Origin: Planctomycetota bacterium
GTDB taxonomy: Bacteria > Planctomycetota > B15-G4 > SIAN01
Reading direction: 5' to 3'
DNA length: 64,000 nucleotides
Assembly (NCBI GenBank): GCA_031409275.1
Contig: JANNXA010000020.1
Location: forward strand, 1 to 64,000
In this document: one piece after another, positions 1 through 12,346 of the stretch
How positions within the stretch are numbered: position 1 is the stretch's first letter
Layout of the letters: each line of letters starts with the position of its first letter
Program-made: the position numbers and the translations under genes
Notes under the pieces: generated by a model
Database searches by the model: none
What the model saw: the letters and a program-made list of their open reading frames with translations, nothing else
What the model was told of the DNA's origin: nothing

Positions 1-142
1 CGCTGTCGAAGCCGGCCTCGACGAGCCGAACAGCAGGTCCGTGAGTGTGTCGATGGCGTGCGCGACGCAGAAATCGTGATCAGGAGGCACTGACGAGACG
101 ATCGACGCGCGTCAGGTCGCGCTCATGAATAGGTCGGGCTAA

Positions 143-302
143 CAGCCCGTTGGAGAAGTCACCGCGAGTCTGGCGAGCGGATTTCGAGTCGAGACGAGGA
201 GGAGGTTCGAAGCCAACTCCCGTGTGAGTTGTCGAGATCCTCCGACGAAGTACCGGCTTGAAAGACGCCGCCAGGCGACACGGGAAGTTCTCCAACGGGC
301 TG
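143..302. mobile_element. MITE-like non-autonomous element (160 bp) with 15-bp perfect terminal inverted repeats
   Basis: CAGCCCGTTGGAGAA (143-157) is the exact reverse complement of TTCTCCAACGGGCTG (288-302). The interior is an imperfect palindrome and has no credible ORF. Confidence 0.7.
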
Positions 303-317
303 CAAACCCGCCGCTTC

Positions 318-1838
318 CTACGGCAGCGCCTTTTTGTCGACCTTGCCCGGTCCGGTGTGCGGCAGCTCGTCCATGAGCACGATGCGGCGCGGCACCTGGT
401 AGGGGGCGAGCTGCGCGCGCGCGTGCGCCAGCAACGCGTCCGTCGTGAGGCTCACGTCGCGCGGCCGAACGTAGGCGATCGGCGCTTCGCCGCTCACGGC
501 ATCCGGGCGCCCGACGACCGCCACTTCCGCGACTCCCGGATGATCGGCCAGGCACGCTTCGATCTCGAGCGCGCCCACGCGATGGCCGTGCACCTTGATC
601 AGGTCGGTGGCGAGACGGCCGACGATGGCGAACGTGCCATCGGCCGATCGCCGGACCAGGTCGCCGGTCCGGTACCAGCCGTCGATCCGGACCTGCGCGG
701 TCGCTTCGTCGTCGTCGAAGTAACCCTCGAAGAGCGAAGGTCCACGCACCCACAGCTCGCCCTCGGTCGATTCTTCGACACGGCGGCCGTCGCCCTCCTC
801 GCGCACGAGTTTCCACTCGACGCCCGCGAGCGGCATCCCGACGCTGCCGGCGGGCCGAGCCGCATCGTCGGCGCGTTGCGCGAGCGCGATGCCCATCTCG
901 GTGGCGCCGTAGCGCTCGACGATCGCGTGGCCGAAGCGCTCGGCGACGCGCCGCTTCAACGCGGGTGGCAGCGGCGCCGAGCCGCTGACGAACAGCCGCA
1001 TCGCCGGCAAGGGCGGCGCCTCCACTTCGACCAGTCGCGCATACATCGACGGCACGCCGAAGAAGAGCGTTGCACCGCCGCTCGCGAGTCGCGCCACGAC
1101 CTCGCGCGCTTCGAATCGCGCGCAGAGGTCGAGCGTGACGCCGCACTGCAGCGCGCCCATCACGCCGACGACGAGGCCGTGCAGGTGGTGCAGCGGCAGA
1201 CAATGCAGCAGCCGATCGCCGGGAGTGAGCTGCCACGCGTCGGCCAGCGCCGCGAGGTTGCTGCCGATCGAGCCGTGGGTGTGCAACGCCCCCTTCGGCT
1301 TGCCCGTCGTTCCCGAGGTGTAGAGGAGCAGCGCCGGATCGGCGGCGCCCGCGCTGACGCCGGCGTGGTCGAGGGCGAGCGACACTCCGGCGCTCTCCTC
1401 GCCGATCTCGCCGCGCGCGGCCGCCGCCTCCGCCTCGAGTCGAGCGGCGTCGACGACTCGCACTTGCGGGTGGCTCACCCGGATCAGGTCGGCGAGCGGC
1501 TCGTCGGCGAGTGCCGCGCGTGGCCCGGCGTCCCACACCACGTGCGCCAGCTGGCGCGGCCTCATTTGCGGATGGAGCGGAACGACGATCAACCCCGCGC
1601 GCGCCGCCGCCAGCAGTTGCGTCACGAAGCGCCGGCTGCTCTGCAGCGCCAGCAGCAACCGATCGCCCGGCCGCAAGCCGAGCCGGAACCACGCGACCGC
1701 CAGCGCGCCGCTCTCCGCCACCAGTTCCCGCGCGGTCGCTGACTCGACGCCATCGTGCAGCACGATGCGCTCGCCGGCGGCGCGCAGTTGCGCGAGCGCC
1801 GCCTCGATCCAGATCGCCGACGGCCCGGCCGGGTACAT
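318..1838 (-). CDS. Acyl-CoA synthetase (ANL superfamily), malonyl/methylmalonyl-CoA synthetase MatB-like
   Basis: C-terminal part of ORF 318..3758: AMP-binding YTSGTTGKPKG, ERYGATE, GWYRTGD, GKVDK. ATG at 1838 is divergent from the mutase. Confidence 0.85.
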   Translation of the reverse strand: MYPAGPSAIWIEAALAQLRAAGERIVLHDGVESATARELVAESGALAVAWFRLGLRPGDRLLLALQSSRRFVTQLLAAARAGLIVVPLHPQMRPRQLAHVVWDAGPRAALADEPLADLIRVSHPQVRVVDAARLEAEAAAARGEIGEESAGVSLALDHAGVSAGAADPALLLYTSGTTGKPKGALHTHGSIGSNLAALADAWQLTPGDRLLHCLPLHHLHGLVVGVMGALQCGVTLDLCARFEAREVVARLASGGATLFFGVPSMYARLVEVEAPPLPAMRLFVSGSAPLPPALKRRVAERFGHAIVERYGATEMGIALAQRADDAARPAGSVGMPLAGVEWKLVREEGDGRRVEESTEGELWVRGPSLFEGYFDDDEATAQVRIDGWYRTGDLVRRSADGTFAIVGRLATDLIKVHGHRVGALEIEACLADHPGVAEVAVVGRPDAVSGEAPIAYVRPRDVSLTTDALLAHARAQLAPYQVPRRIVLMDELPHTGPGKVDKKALP

Positions 1839-1895
1839 TCGCGCTCCTTCGCGCGGCCCGATGCGGGCGCGCGCCTCGACGACGGAGCGTAACGG

Positions 1896-3542
1896 ATGAG
1901 TTCTCAAGCCCATGGCAGCGACGAGGCGTTCGAGCGCTGGAAGCGCGACGTCCACGCCCCGGAACTCGCCAAAGCCCGCCACCGTGACGTTCCCGACGCC
2001 ACCTCGTCCGGCATCACGCCGGAACCGCTCTACGCGCCCGAGCGCGGCCTTCCGGGCCAACCGCCCTTCCTGCGCGGCCCCTATCCAACCATGTACCGCG
2101 GCCGGTTGTGGACGATGCGCCAGTACGCCGGGTTCGGCGATGCGACCGCCACCAACCGCCGCTTCCGTTATCTGCTCGAGCAGGGGCAGATGGGGCTCTC
2201 GACCGCCTTCGACCTGCCCACCCAGATCGGCTACGACCCCGACCACGCGATGGCGAGCGGCGAGGTGGGGCGGGTCGGCGTCTCGATCGCATGCGTCGAG
2301 GATCTCGACGAGCTCTTCGCCGGCATCCCGCTCGACAAGGTGTCGACGTCGATGACCATCAACTCGACGGCGGCGATCCTGCTGGCGCTCTACGTGGCGG
2401 CGGCGCGGCGCGCCGGCATCGCGGCCACGAAGCTCTCTGGCACCGTCCAGAACGACATCCTGAAGGAGTACGCGGCGCGCGGCACCTACCGCTTCCCGCC
2501 CACTGCGTCGATGCGCCTCGTGACCGACCTGATCGCGTGGACGGCGCGCGACGTACCGCGCTGGAACTCGATCTCGATCAGCGGCTACCACATGCGGGAA
2601 GCGGGCTGCACCGCCGTGCAGGAGATCGCCTTCACGCTGGCGCACGGGCTTGCCTACGTCGGCGCGGCGGTCGCGGCCGGCCTCGACGTCGACGCCTTCG
2701 CGAGCCGCCTCTCCTTCTTCTTCGCGGCGCACAACGACCTCTTCGAGGAGGTCGCCAAGTTCCGCGCCGCACGCCGACTGTGGGCGCGCCTCATGCAGGA
2801 GCGTTTCGCGCCGAAGAAGCCTGAATCGCTGATGCTGCGCTTCCACACCCAGACCGGCGGCTCGACACTGACCGCGCAGCAGCCGCAAGTGAACGTCGCA
2901 CGCGTCACCCTGCAGGCGCTCGCCGCCGTCCTCGGCGGAACGCAGTCGCTTCACACCAACAGCTGGGACGAGGCGTTGGCGTTGCCCAGCGAAGCGTCGG
3001 CGCTGCTGGCGCTGCGCACGCAGCAGGTCATCGCGTCGGAGAGCGGCGTGACGCGCGTCATCGACCCGCTCGGCGGAGCGCCCTTCATCGAGGAGCTCAC
3101 CGATCGGCTCGAAGCGGAGGCGCGCGCGCTGATCGGCAAGGTCGATGACCTCGGCGGCGCCGTGAAGGCGATCGAAGTGGGCTTCACGCAACAGGAGATC
3201 CATCGCGCCGCGTGGCTCGACCAACGCGCGATCGAGACGGGCGCCAAGCGGGTGGTCGGCGTCAACCAGCACGTGCAGCAGGACGAGCCGCCGCCGAAGG
3301 TCGAGTTTCGGCTCGATGAAACGCTGGAGGCCCGGCGTTGCGCGGCGGTGGCGGCGTTGCGCGCGCGTCGCCACGCGGCGAAGGCGAAGGAGGCGCGCGC
3401 ACGCGTCGTCGACGCCGCCGCCGGCAAGGCGAACCTGCTGCCGCTCTTCGTCGAGGCGGTGGACGTCGGCGTCACGCTCGGCGAACTCTGCAGCGACCTC
3501 GAAGGGGTCTTTGGCACCTATCGAGCGCCGGTGGTCTTCTGA
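1896..3542 (+). CDS. Methylmalonyl-CoA mutase, large (substrate-binding) subunit
   Basis: [55 protein letters not shown]. Tyr and Arg specificity residues are of the MCM type. No C-terminal B12-binding domain. Confidence 0.95.
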   Translation: MSSQAHGSDEAFERWKRDVHAPELAKARHRDVPDATSSGITPEPLYAPERGLPGQPPFLRGPYPTMYRGRLWTMRQYAGFGDATATNRRFRYLLEQGQMGLSTAFDLPTQIGYDPDHAMASGEVGRVGVSIACVEDLDELFAGIPLDKVSTSMTINSTAAILLALYVAAARRAGIAATKLSGTVQNDILKEYAARGTYRFPPTASMRLVTDLIAWTARDVPRWNSISISGYHMREAGCTAVQEIAFTLAHGLAYVGAAVAAGLDVDAFASRLSFFFAAHNDLFEEVAKFRAARRLWARLMQERFAPKKPESLMLRFHTQTGGSTLTAQQPQVNVARVTLQALAAVLGGTQSLHTNSWDEALALPSEASALLALRTQQVIASESGVTRVIDPLGGAPFIEELTDRLEAEARALIGKVDDLGGAVKAIEVGFTQQEIHRAAWLDQRAIETGAKRVVGVNQHVQQDEPPPKVEFRLDETLEARRCAAVAALRARRHAAKAKEARARVVDAAAGKANLLPLFVEAVDVGVTLGELCSDLEGVFGTYRAPVVF

Positions 3543-3609
3543 GCGCGCTACGCTTTCGCCCGCTCCTTCCGTCCCTTGCCTCGCCCGTTCCCGCGCCGGA
3601 GTTCGTGTG

Positions 3610-4143
3610 GTGACCATTCGACCGGATGCGCTCGATCGCCCTCGCGTGATGGTGGTGCAGGACGTGCCGCTCTCCGCGCGCCAGCAGAAGCAGTTCCTCG
3701 AGACCGAGGCGCGTCGGCGCGAGCTCGACGTCGACGTCCGCGTCGTCGACCTGCGCACGCCCGCCGAGCGGCTGGTGCGTGAGCATCTGCAGGGGCCCGC
3801 GCCGATCGACTGGCTGGTGGTCGATCTGCTGGTCTCGGAGATCGACGATCACGTGCCGGTCGAGGCTTCGACCGGGATGACGCTGCTGCGCCACCTTTCC
3901 GCGGCCGGACTCTTCCACGGCTACAAGCCACGCGCGCCGACGCTCGGTCGCGGCGTGCGTTGCATCGCCGTCTACTCCGCGATGCTGCAGGGCCAGGGGA
4001 CGCCGCGCCAGCACACCGAGGAAGCGCTCGATGCGCTGGGAGTGCGTCGTTCGGCGCGCTACGTGCCGGGCGACATGGCGCGCGTCGCGCAAGACATCGT
4101 TGCCGAGCTCGCCAGCGCGATCGCTCGAAGGCCGCCTGGTTGA
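3610..4143 (+). CDS. Atypical single-domain response-regulator receiver-like protein
   Basis: RVMVVQD (beta1), IDWLVVDL (beta3 Asp), TGMTLLRHL, IAVYSA. Its stop overlaps the next start (TTGA). Confidence 0.55.
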   Translation: MTIRPDALDRPRVMVVQDVPLSARQQKQFLETEARRRELDVDVRVVDLRTPAERLVREHLQGPAPIDWLVVDLLVSEIDDHVPVEASTGMTLLRHLSAAGLFHGYKPRAPTLGRGVRCIAVYSAMLQGQGTPRQHTEEALDALGVRRSARYVPGDMARVAQDIVAELASAIARRPPG

Positions 4144-6785
4144 GCGCGGCGCGAAGGCCGGCGCAGCCCCCACCTCGCGAGATCCGCCGCGCCGGCGGAC
4201 TCTTCCCGATCGATGTGCTGCGCAGCGTGCGCGCCGCCACTGGCGCCGACGTCGTCACCGTCTACCTCTCGAATCCGGGCGCTCCGCATGATCGTGGCAG
4301 CTACGTGCTGCTCGGTGAATCGGGAGCGAGCGCGAGCTACCTGCCCTACTTGCGCGGGCCGCTGCGGCCAGGCTCGGTCGCGCGCTTCTCGGCGCACGAT
4401 CGCAAGAAGGTGCGCAAGGTCGCCGATGTCGCGGCCGACGCCGACTTCGCGGCGAGCTCGTTCTGCTGTCACCACGCGCTCCGCTCGCTGGCGCGCCTCT
4501 CGGTCCGCTTGCCGACCGGACTGCCGGCGGCGGCCGCGCGTCAGAACGGCGACGCCCATGCGTCCGAACCGCCGCCCGTGCCGGGCGTGATCCCGCCGTT
4601 CCTCGAGCTCTTCCTCAACTATCGACGGCCGCGCCGCGACGGGGAGCTCGCCGCCGCCGCCGCTGCCGCGACGCAGCTCCTGCTCGACGCGGCGCCGCGC
4701 ATCCTCGGCGATCCCGAGCTGCGCCTGCTGATGGACCCGCGCGAGATCGCCGTCCGCCATCGCAAGCTGCAGCGCATCGCCGACCGCTTCCACGACGAGC
4801 ATCGCGCCGCGATCGACTCCGCCGCCGCGGCCGACGCCGTGAAGCGCAGCATCGACGCCTGCGGCAAGGCGCTCGCGCGCTTCGTGGCGGGGGAGCTCGC
4901 GTCGCCGCGAGCCGCTGCCCCGCGCCTCTCCTTCTGGTTCCTCGACGCGTGGGATGGACGTCCGCGCGACTGCGAGCCGCTGCTGCTGCTCGCCCATCCG
5001 GAAGAGCGCGCCGAGCCCGTTTCGCACGCGTTGCGCGGCCCCTCCGATCACGGGGTCCTTCGATTCGTCGGCGCGAGCGGTCGCAGCGTCGCATTCGAGC
5101 GCATCGAGAAGGCGCCGGCCGCGTGGCGCGCCTTGCATCGGCCGTCGGCCTCCGCGGGTGCGGTGCTCACCGTGCCGCTCTTCTCTGGCACGCGGCCGTT
5201 CGCGTTGTTGCAGATCGAGTCGACGCAGGGTGGCGCGCTGCTGCGTCGCGTGCGCCGTCTCTGGCAGGTCGTGCCGGCGATCGAGCCCCTGCTGCGCGAC
5301 GTGCGCGAACGGCAGGCGCAGTTGCGCGACCACGAGGCGCGCGTGCTGCTGACCTCGTTCACGACCACGCGTTTCCGCCCCAAGCACGAGGCGATGGGCG
5401 AGCGGTTGCGCCAGACGGTGAACCGGCTGGGCGTGACCGCCTGCTCGATGACGCGCGTCGGCGGCGGCCGTGCGGCGCATCACTGGACCAGCGCACTGCC
5501 GACGGCGGGCACGACCGATCTGCTCGCGACCGGCGCCGTGCAGCGCTTGCTGGTCGAGCTCGCGGCACTGCTCGCCGAGGCCGGCGCCTCCGCCAGCGAG
5601 CGGCCGCTCGCGCTGGCGCTGCGCTTCGGGCCGGTCGCGGGCCGGACGACGGAGCTGCGCGCCTCGTTCGCCTATCGACGCAGCGCCGGTGCCGATGAGC
5701 CCGGCGGAAGGAGCAGCGGCCCGCCGCAGTTGCGCCGCACGGCGTTCCCGCACGGCACGCCCGCGGCCGCGTGCGCGCGCGCCCTGGTCGCGGAACTGGC
5801 GCGCGGCCTCGCGCCGGGCGTGGCCGGCGAACTCGTGGTCGTCCCCAACTTCACGCGCGCCCGCAAAGGCAGCGGTCGTCGCGAGGTCGGCTCGCTGCTG
5901 GCGCTGCTGACCAGCGACAGCGAGACGCCGGCGTCGCGGCCGTGGCTGCTCACCGCGGTGGCGGTCGCGCACGCGCTCGGCCTTGCGCTCTTCACGGTCG
6001 AGTCGATCGAGGATCAGGCGAGCCTGCTCGCGTGGGCGACCGCGGGCGTCGGGTCGATCCACGACGTCGTCGGCGCGCTCGGCCGCTCGGTCGAGCTGAT
6101 CCGGACGGGCGCGGCGCGCCGCGACGAACTGCTGCTGGCGGCCGACACGCTCGAGGGGATCCGCGATCAGATGGCGCTGCTCGATGGCCTCGCACGTGGC
6201 GAATCGCTCACCCCGCTCGCCGACGAGGAGACCGATTTCGCCGCCTTCATGGCGAACGTGATCCGCCGTGCGATCTTGATCTCCGGGAACCACCCCGACG
6301 ATGTCGTGCAGCGCATCGCTGCAGTGGCCGCGCCGGTTCACGTCGGTCGCCATCTCCGTTCACGCGTGGCCGGCGGCCTCACCAACGCGATCGCGAACGC
6401 GCTCAAGTACGGCGGTGCCGGCCAGCCCTCGGTCGACGCGAATCGCGGTGCCGACGGCGTGGTCGAGGTCGTCATCCGCAACGAATCGTTCGCGCGCACC
6501 AGCGTCGAGTCGTTGCGCGCCGCGCGCGAGGTCGTCGGCCAGGTGCGCGAAGGCGACGCCTCCGAGGTGCTGATGCGCCTGCTCGACGCCAGTCGCGGCA
6601 AGCCGACGCTGCGCGGCGTCGGGACGTGGCTCACGGCGCGCATCGTCCGCGAAGTGCTGCACGGCGACTTCGAACTCGACTACGCCACTTCGAGCGCCGA
6701 CCCCGAGGTGGTCGAAGTGCGCGCGCGCGTCCGCTTCCGCTTCGACGGCGAGACGCTCCTCGCCGGTCCGAGCGGTCGCGGCTAG
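4140..6785 (+). CDS. GAF-containing sensor histidine kinase-like protein (degenerate HATPase)
   Basis: GAF-like GVLRFVGASG...VLTVPLFSG..FALLQI; H-box-like SIHDVVG; N-box NAIANALKY; G2-like RGVGTW. TTG start is coupled to the upstream stop. Confidence 0.65.
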   Translation: MSAARRPAQPPPREIRRAGGLFPIDVLRSVRAATGADVVTVYLSNPGAPHDRGSYVLLGESGASASYLPYLRGPLRPGSVARFSAHDRKKVRKVADVAADADFAASSFCCHHALRSLARLSVRLPTGLPAAAARQNGDAHASEPPPVPGVIPPFLELFLNYRRPRRDGELAAAAAAATQLLLDAAPRILGDPELRLLMDPREIAVRHRKLQRIADRFHDEHRAAIDSAAAADAVKRSIDACGKALARFVAGELASPRAAAPRLSFWFLDAWDGRPRDCEPLLLLAHPEERAEPVSHALRGPSDHGVLRFVGASGRSVAFERIEKAPAAWRALHRPSASAGAVLTVPLFSGTRPFALLQIESTQGGALLRRVRRLWQVVPAIEPLLRDVRERQAQLRDHEARVLLTSFTTTRFRPKHEAMGERLRQTVNRLGVTACSMTRVGGGRAAHHWTSALPTAGTTDLLATGAVQRLLVELAALLAEAGASASERPLALALRFGPVAGRTTELRASFAYRRSAGADEPGGRSSGPPQLRRTAFPHGTPAAACARALVAELARGLAPGVAGELVVVPNFTRARKGSGRREVGSLLALLTSDSETPASRPWLLTAVAVAHALGLALFTVESIEDQASLLAWATAGVGSIHDVVGALGRSVELIRTGAARRDELLLAADTLEGIRDQMALLDGLARGESLTPLADEETDFAAFMANVIRRAILISGNHPDDVVQRIAAVAAPVHVGRHLRSRVAGGLTNAIANALKYGGAGQPSVDANRGADGVVEVVIRNESFARTSVESLRAAREVVGQVREGDASEVLMRLLDASRGKPTLRGVGTWLTARIVREVLHGDFELDYATSSADPEVVEVRARVRFRFDGETLLAGPSGRG

Positions 6786-6822
6786 TTGCCGCAGGCCCGC
6801 CGGCGGGTGTGGTGCCGTCGCC

Positions 6823-7113
6823 TCAGCGCGGCGGCGGCATCCCCGCTTCGACTGCGTCGCATACCTGTTTCGCGGTGAGCAGGTCGCAGCCCGTCGCGGC
6901 ACGGTACGCCTTGATCGCTTCGATCTTGCGGCCGCTGGCCAGCGCGCGCACGACCTCGGGCGGCAGCTGCGGCGGCAACGCGTGCGAAGCGGGTGGTGTG
7001 GGCGATTCGCCCGCCGATCCGGTGCGCTGCCGAGTCGCGCCGGCGAACCTCAGTCCGATCGCGACGAGCAGCACGGCGGCGGCCACGCCTGCGACCATTC
7101 CGGTCGTGCCCAT
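6823..7113 (-). CDS. Small membrane protein with ribosomal L7/L12 C-terminal-like domain
   Basis: N-terminal TM helix, then GRKIEAIKAYRAATGCDLLTAKQVCD. Alternative start at 7128. Confidence 0.7.
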   Translation of the reverse strand: MGTTGMVAGVAAAVLLVAIGLRFAGATRQRTGSAGESPTPPASHALPPQLPPEVVRALASGRKIEAIKAYRAATGCDLLTAKQVCDAVEAGMPPPR

Positions 7114-7187
7114 TCGCAAGCCCTCCATCCTTCGCTCCTTCGGCGCGGCCGGTCGGTAGCCTCGCGGCCTCTCCCGTGGAGCCGCCT

Positions 7188-7616
7188 GTGACCGCCATCG
7201 ACCATCTCGGCATCGCCGTCGCAAAACTCGAGGAAGCGTTGCCCTTCTGGCGCGATGCGCTCGGCATGGAGCTCGTCGCCATCGAGGTGGTGGCGAGCGA
7301 GAAGGTGCGCGTCGCCATCCTGCGGCCGAAGGGCGACGCGAATGCCGCGCGCGTCGAGCTGCTCGAACCGACGGCGCCCGACAGTCCGATCGCGAGGCAC
7401 CTGGAGAAGCGCGGGCCGGGCCTTCACCACGTCGCGATGAAGGTCGATGACATCGCGGCGCGCATGGCGTCGCTGGCCGCGGCCGGCAAGCCGGCGATGG
7501 ATGCGGTGCCGCGAACCGGCGCCGGCGGCTGCATGGTCACTTTCCTGCACCCCAAGTGCACTGGCGGCGTGCTGCTCGAGCTGTCGCAACCGCCGGCCGG
7601 CGGTGCGAGCCACTGA
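7188..7616 (+). CDS. mce: Methylmalonyl-CoA epimerase (VOC family)
   Basis: IDHLGIAV, ELLEP, RGPGLHHVA, FLHPK..GGVLLEL. GGAG RBS precedes the GTG; fits the cluster context. Confidence 0.92.
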   Translation: MTAIDHLGIAVAKLEEALPFWRDALGMELVAIEVVASEKVRVAILRPKGDANAARVELLEPTAPDSPIARHLEKRGPGLHHVAMKVDDIAARMASLAAAGKPAMDAVPRTGAGGCMVTFLHPKCTGGVLLELSQPPAGGASH

Positions 7617-7660
7617 ACGACACCCGCGGCGCGCCTCGGTCGCCACGAAGCCTTCCGGCG

Positions 7661-9052
7661 CTACGGGTTGAACGTTCGGAGCTTCACGTTGCGGAACGCG
7701 ACGGCGTCGCCGTGGTCCTGCAGCAGCAGGTGGCCGTCGGCCCACTCGCCGAAGCCGGGGATCGAGGCGTACTTGCTGGCAGCGACGCGGGCGCGGAAGT
7801 CGGGCGAGCCGCGCTCGTACTCGAGGACCTTCTCGCCGTTCAGCCAGTGCTCCACGCGGGTCGCGCCGGCGACGATGCGCGCCGTGTTCCATTCGCCGAT
7901 CGCGCGCGCCGGCTTGGTCGTCGGCGCTGCGATCAGGTCGTAGAGCGAGCCGATCCTTCGGTTGCCGTCGCGTCCGAGCTTCGCGTCGGGGTGGCGCGCG
8001 TCGTCGAGTAGCTGGAACTCGCAGCCGATCGCCGACCCGACCGCCGCGGGCTTGCCGTCGGCGCCGATCGGTCGCAGGTCGGGCTGCACGAAGTACTTGA
8101 TGCCCGAGTTGGCGCCGCTCGTCAGGCGGAAGTCGACGCGGAGATCGAACGTCGCGAAGCGCTCGACGCTGATCACGTCGCCGCCGGCGCGCGCCTCGCC
8201 GCCGCCGCTCGCTGCGACCTGCAGCAGGCCGTGCTCGATCGACCAGCCCAGCGCGGGGAACTCCTCGCCGCGCGCGCTGCGCCAGCCGCGGCTCGACACG
8301 CCGTCGAAGAGGAGGCGCCAGCCGGCGGCGCGTTCCGCGTCGGTCAGCGTGTTGAGCGGCGCCGGGGGCAGCAGCTCGCGCAGACGAAGCCGGCGGAAGC
8401 GGACCTGCTTGCCGACCTTCGCCGCGACATCGCCGATGCCGTGCACCTGCAGCGCGATCACGCCGCGCGGCGTCATCGCATCGTGGAGCTGCGCGCGCAG
8501 TTCGCCGTTCAGCCACGTGGTGAGCTCGGGGCCGTGCGCGAGGACGCGCAGCTCGTTCCAGTCGTCGGGGCGGGAGAGGGCGCGGCCCTGCGCGGTGAAG
8601 GCGGCGCCGCGCGGCCCCTTCTCCTCGCCGGCCGGATCGAGCCAGCCGCGCCGCGCCTCGTCGTAGAGCCCGGCGCTCCACCAGCGGTTGCGCGCCGGGT
8701 CCATGTCGATCTCCGACTGGTAGCCGTGCACGCGATCGTCGGCGTTGATTTCGCTGCGCAGCTGGACGCCCGAGTTGAGCCCCGCATCGACCTTGAACTC
8801 GAGGAGCAGCTCGAAGTCGCTGTAGGCCGCCTCCGTGCAGAGGAAGCTGTTGGGACTGCCGGCCACCGTCGTGCCGACGATTGCCGCGTCGTACGTTCCG
8901 GCCCCCTCGACCGCGTACTCCGCGGTTCCCGAGTGGCGCGTCCAGCCGGCGAGCGTCGCGTGGTCAAAAAGCGGGCGCCAGCGGTTGTCGTCGGTGCCGG
9001 CGCCACCGAGCAAGGCGGTCGCAACGGTGAGCGAGAAGGGACACAGCGTCAT
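7661..9052 (-). CDS. Secreted tandem DUF1080 (3-keto-disaccharide hydrolase-like) protein
   Basis: Two domains, each with W..LFD..L.GW, NSG(V/I), WN, LQ.HG and F.N/R; N-terminal signal-like segment. Confidence 0.85.
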   Translation of the reverse strand: MTLCPFSLTVATALLGGAGTDDNRWRPLFDHATLAGWTRHSGTAEYAVEGAGTYDAAIVGTTVAGSPNSFLCTEAAYSDFELLLEFKVDAGLNSGVQLRSEINADDRVHGYQSEIDMDPARNRWWSAGLYDEARRGWLDPAGEEKGPRGAAFTAQGRALSRPDDWNELRVLAHGPELTTWLNGELRAQLHDAMTPRGVIALQVHGIGDVAAKVGKQVRFRRLRLRELLPPAPLNTLTDAERAAGWRLLFDGVSSRGWRSARGEEFPALGWSIEHGLLQVAASGGGEARAGGDVISVERFATFDLRVDFRLTSGANSGIKYFVQPDLRPIGADGKPAAVGSAIGCEFQLLDDARHPDAKLGRDGNRRIGSLYDLIAAPTTKPARAIGEWNTARIVAGATRVEHWLNGEKVLEYERGSPDFRARVAASKYASIPGFGEWADGHLLLQDHGDAVAFRNVKLRTFNP

Positions 9053-9230
9053 TGGCCTCTCCATCGTGTGGCGCCGAGCTTCCGCGATCGACCGCCGCGA
9101 GGGCAATGGGGAAGCGCTGCCGATCTCCCCCTTTCTCCGCGCCCCTCCTGCGCGCAGAATCCCCGCCCCTGCGTGCGGTCGGCCGCGTTACGGCACGGCC
9201 GGAAGCGGTGCGCGGCCGAAGAAGGACCCC

Positions 9231-10771
<1,541 letters not shown>

Positions 10772-10775
<4 letters not shown>

Positions 10776-12346
10776 GCGCCGCCAGCAAGGGGGCCGCGCG
10801 ACCGTTCCGACGCGTGCTGGTGGCCAATCGCGGCGAGATCGCGTTGCGCGTCATGCGGGCGTGCCGCGAGCGTGGGCTCGAGAGCGTGGCGGTCTATTCC
10901 GACGCCGATCGCGCCGCGCTGCACGTGCGCATGGCCGACTTCGCCGTGCGGCTCGGGCCGCCACCGCCGCGCGAGAGCTACCTCGACGGAACGCTCGTGT
11001 TGGCCGCCGCGAAGGCGTCCGGCGCCGACGCGATCCACCCCGGCTACGGCTTCCTGTCGGAGAACGCGGCGTTCGCGCAGAGCGTCGAAGAGGCGGGACT
11101 CGTCTGGATCGGGCCGCCAGCGGCGGCGATCCGCGCCATGGGGGAGAAGACCGCGGCGCGCAAGCGGATGCAGGCCGCTGGCGTTCCGGTGGTGCCGGGC
11201 GTCGTCGATCCGATCGAGGACCACGCCTCGCTGCTGCGCATCGCGCGCGAGGTCGGCTACCCGGTGATGCTGAAGGCGGCTGGCGGCGGCGGCGGCAAGG
11301 GGATCCGCATCGTCCATGCCGAGTCGGAGCTGATCTCGTCGTTCGAGCGCGCGCGCAGCGAGGCGGAGAACTCCTTCAAGAGCAGCGCGGTCTACCTCGA
11401 GAAGTTCCTCGCGCAGAGCCACCACATCGAGATCCAGGTGCTCGCCGACGCCCACGGCCACGTGGTCCATCTCGGCGAGCGCGAGTGCTCGATGCAGCGG
11501 CGCCACCAGAAGGTCGTCGAGGAGTCGCCCTCGCCGCTGATGACGCCCGAGCTGCGCGCGCGCATGGGCCAGGCGGCCTGCGATGCGGCGCGCGCGGTGG
11601 GCTATCGCAACGCCGGCACCATCGAGTGCCTCGTCCCCGACGCGCCGGCCGGGAGCAGCGGCGCGACCCGCGACTTCTACTTCCTGGAGATGAACACGCG
11701 TCTCCAGGTCGAGCATCCCGTCACCGAGATGGTGACCGGGCTCGACCTCGTCCATCTGCAACTCGCGATCGCGGCCGGCGAACCGCTGCCGTTCACGCAA
11801 GCCGACGTCACGTGGCGCGGCCACGCGATCGAAGCGCGGCTGTGCGCCGAAGAGCCGGAGCGCGGCTTCGTGCCGGCCACCGGCACCATCACCAGTCTCG
11901 ATCTGCCGGGCGGTCCAGGCGTGCGGCTCGATTCGGCGCTCTACGACGGGCTCGAAGTGGGGGTCCACTACGACTCGATGCTGGCGAAGCTGATCGTCCA
12001 TGCCGCCACGCGCGAGCAGGCGATCGAACGGCTGCGTCGCGCGCTGCACGAGGTGCGCCTCGCGGGCGTCGCCCACAACGCGGCGTTCCTGGAGCGCATC
12101 GTCGACTCGGCCGAGTTCCGCTCGGGGAACTACCACACCAAGTCGATCGAAGCGCGTCTCGACGCCTTCCTCGGCCAGCCGTCGCGCGAATCGCTCGAGC
12201 GCGCCGCGCTGATCGCCGCGCTGCTCCATCGCGAGTCGTTGAAGCGCGGCGCCGAGGAGCGTGCGCTTCAGGTCGGCGTCGGCGAACTTCCAAGCGCGTG
12301 GCTGCTCGATGGCCGACGCCGTCAGCTGTCGAGGAACCAGTCGTGA
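10772..12346 (+). CDS. Biotin carboxylase subunit of acyl-CoA carboxylase
   Basis: [54 protein letters not shown] overlaps the pccB stop. Confidence 0.95.

Noticed and set aside
1..126. Partial CDS at the left edge
   Set aside because: The ATG at 126 on the minus strand stops after four codons, and the other frames are too short to support a call.
195..260. tRNA-like GGTTCGAAGCC T-loop
   Set aside because: No cloverleaf or acceptor stem; it lies inside the MITE palindrome.
1839..3758. Apparent 1146-aa fusion ORF extending the acyl-CoA synthetase
   Set aside because: The extension is the antisense shadow of the mutase gene; the real protein starts at about 1838.
3610..4143. Missing B12-binding small subunit of the mutase
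   Set aside because: There is no DxHxxG or SxL..H motif; the pattern fits a receiver fold better.
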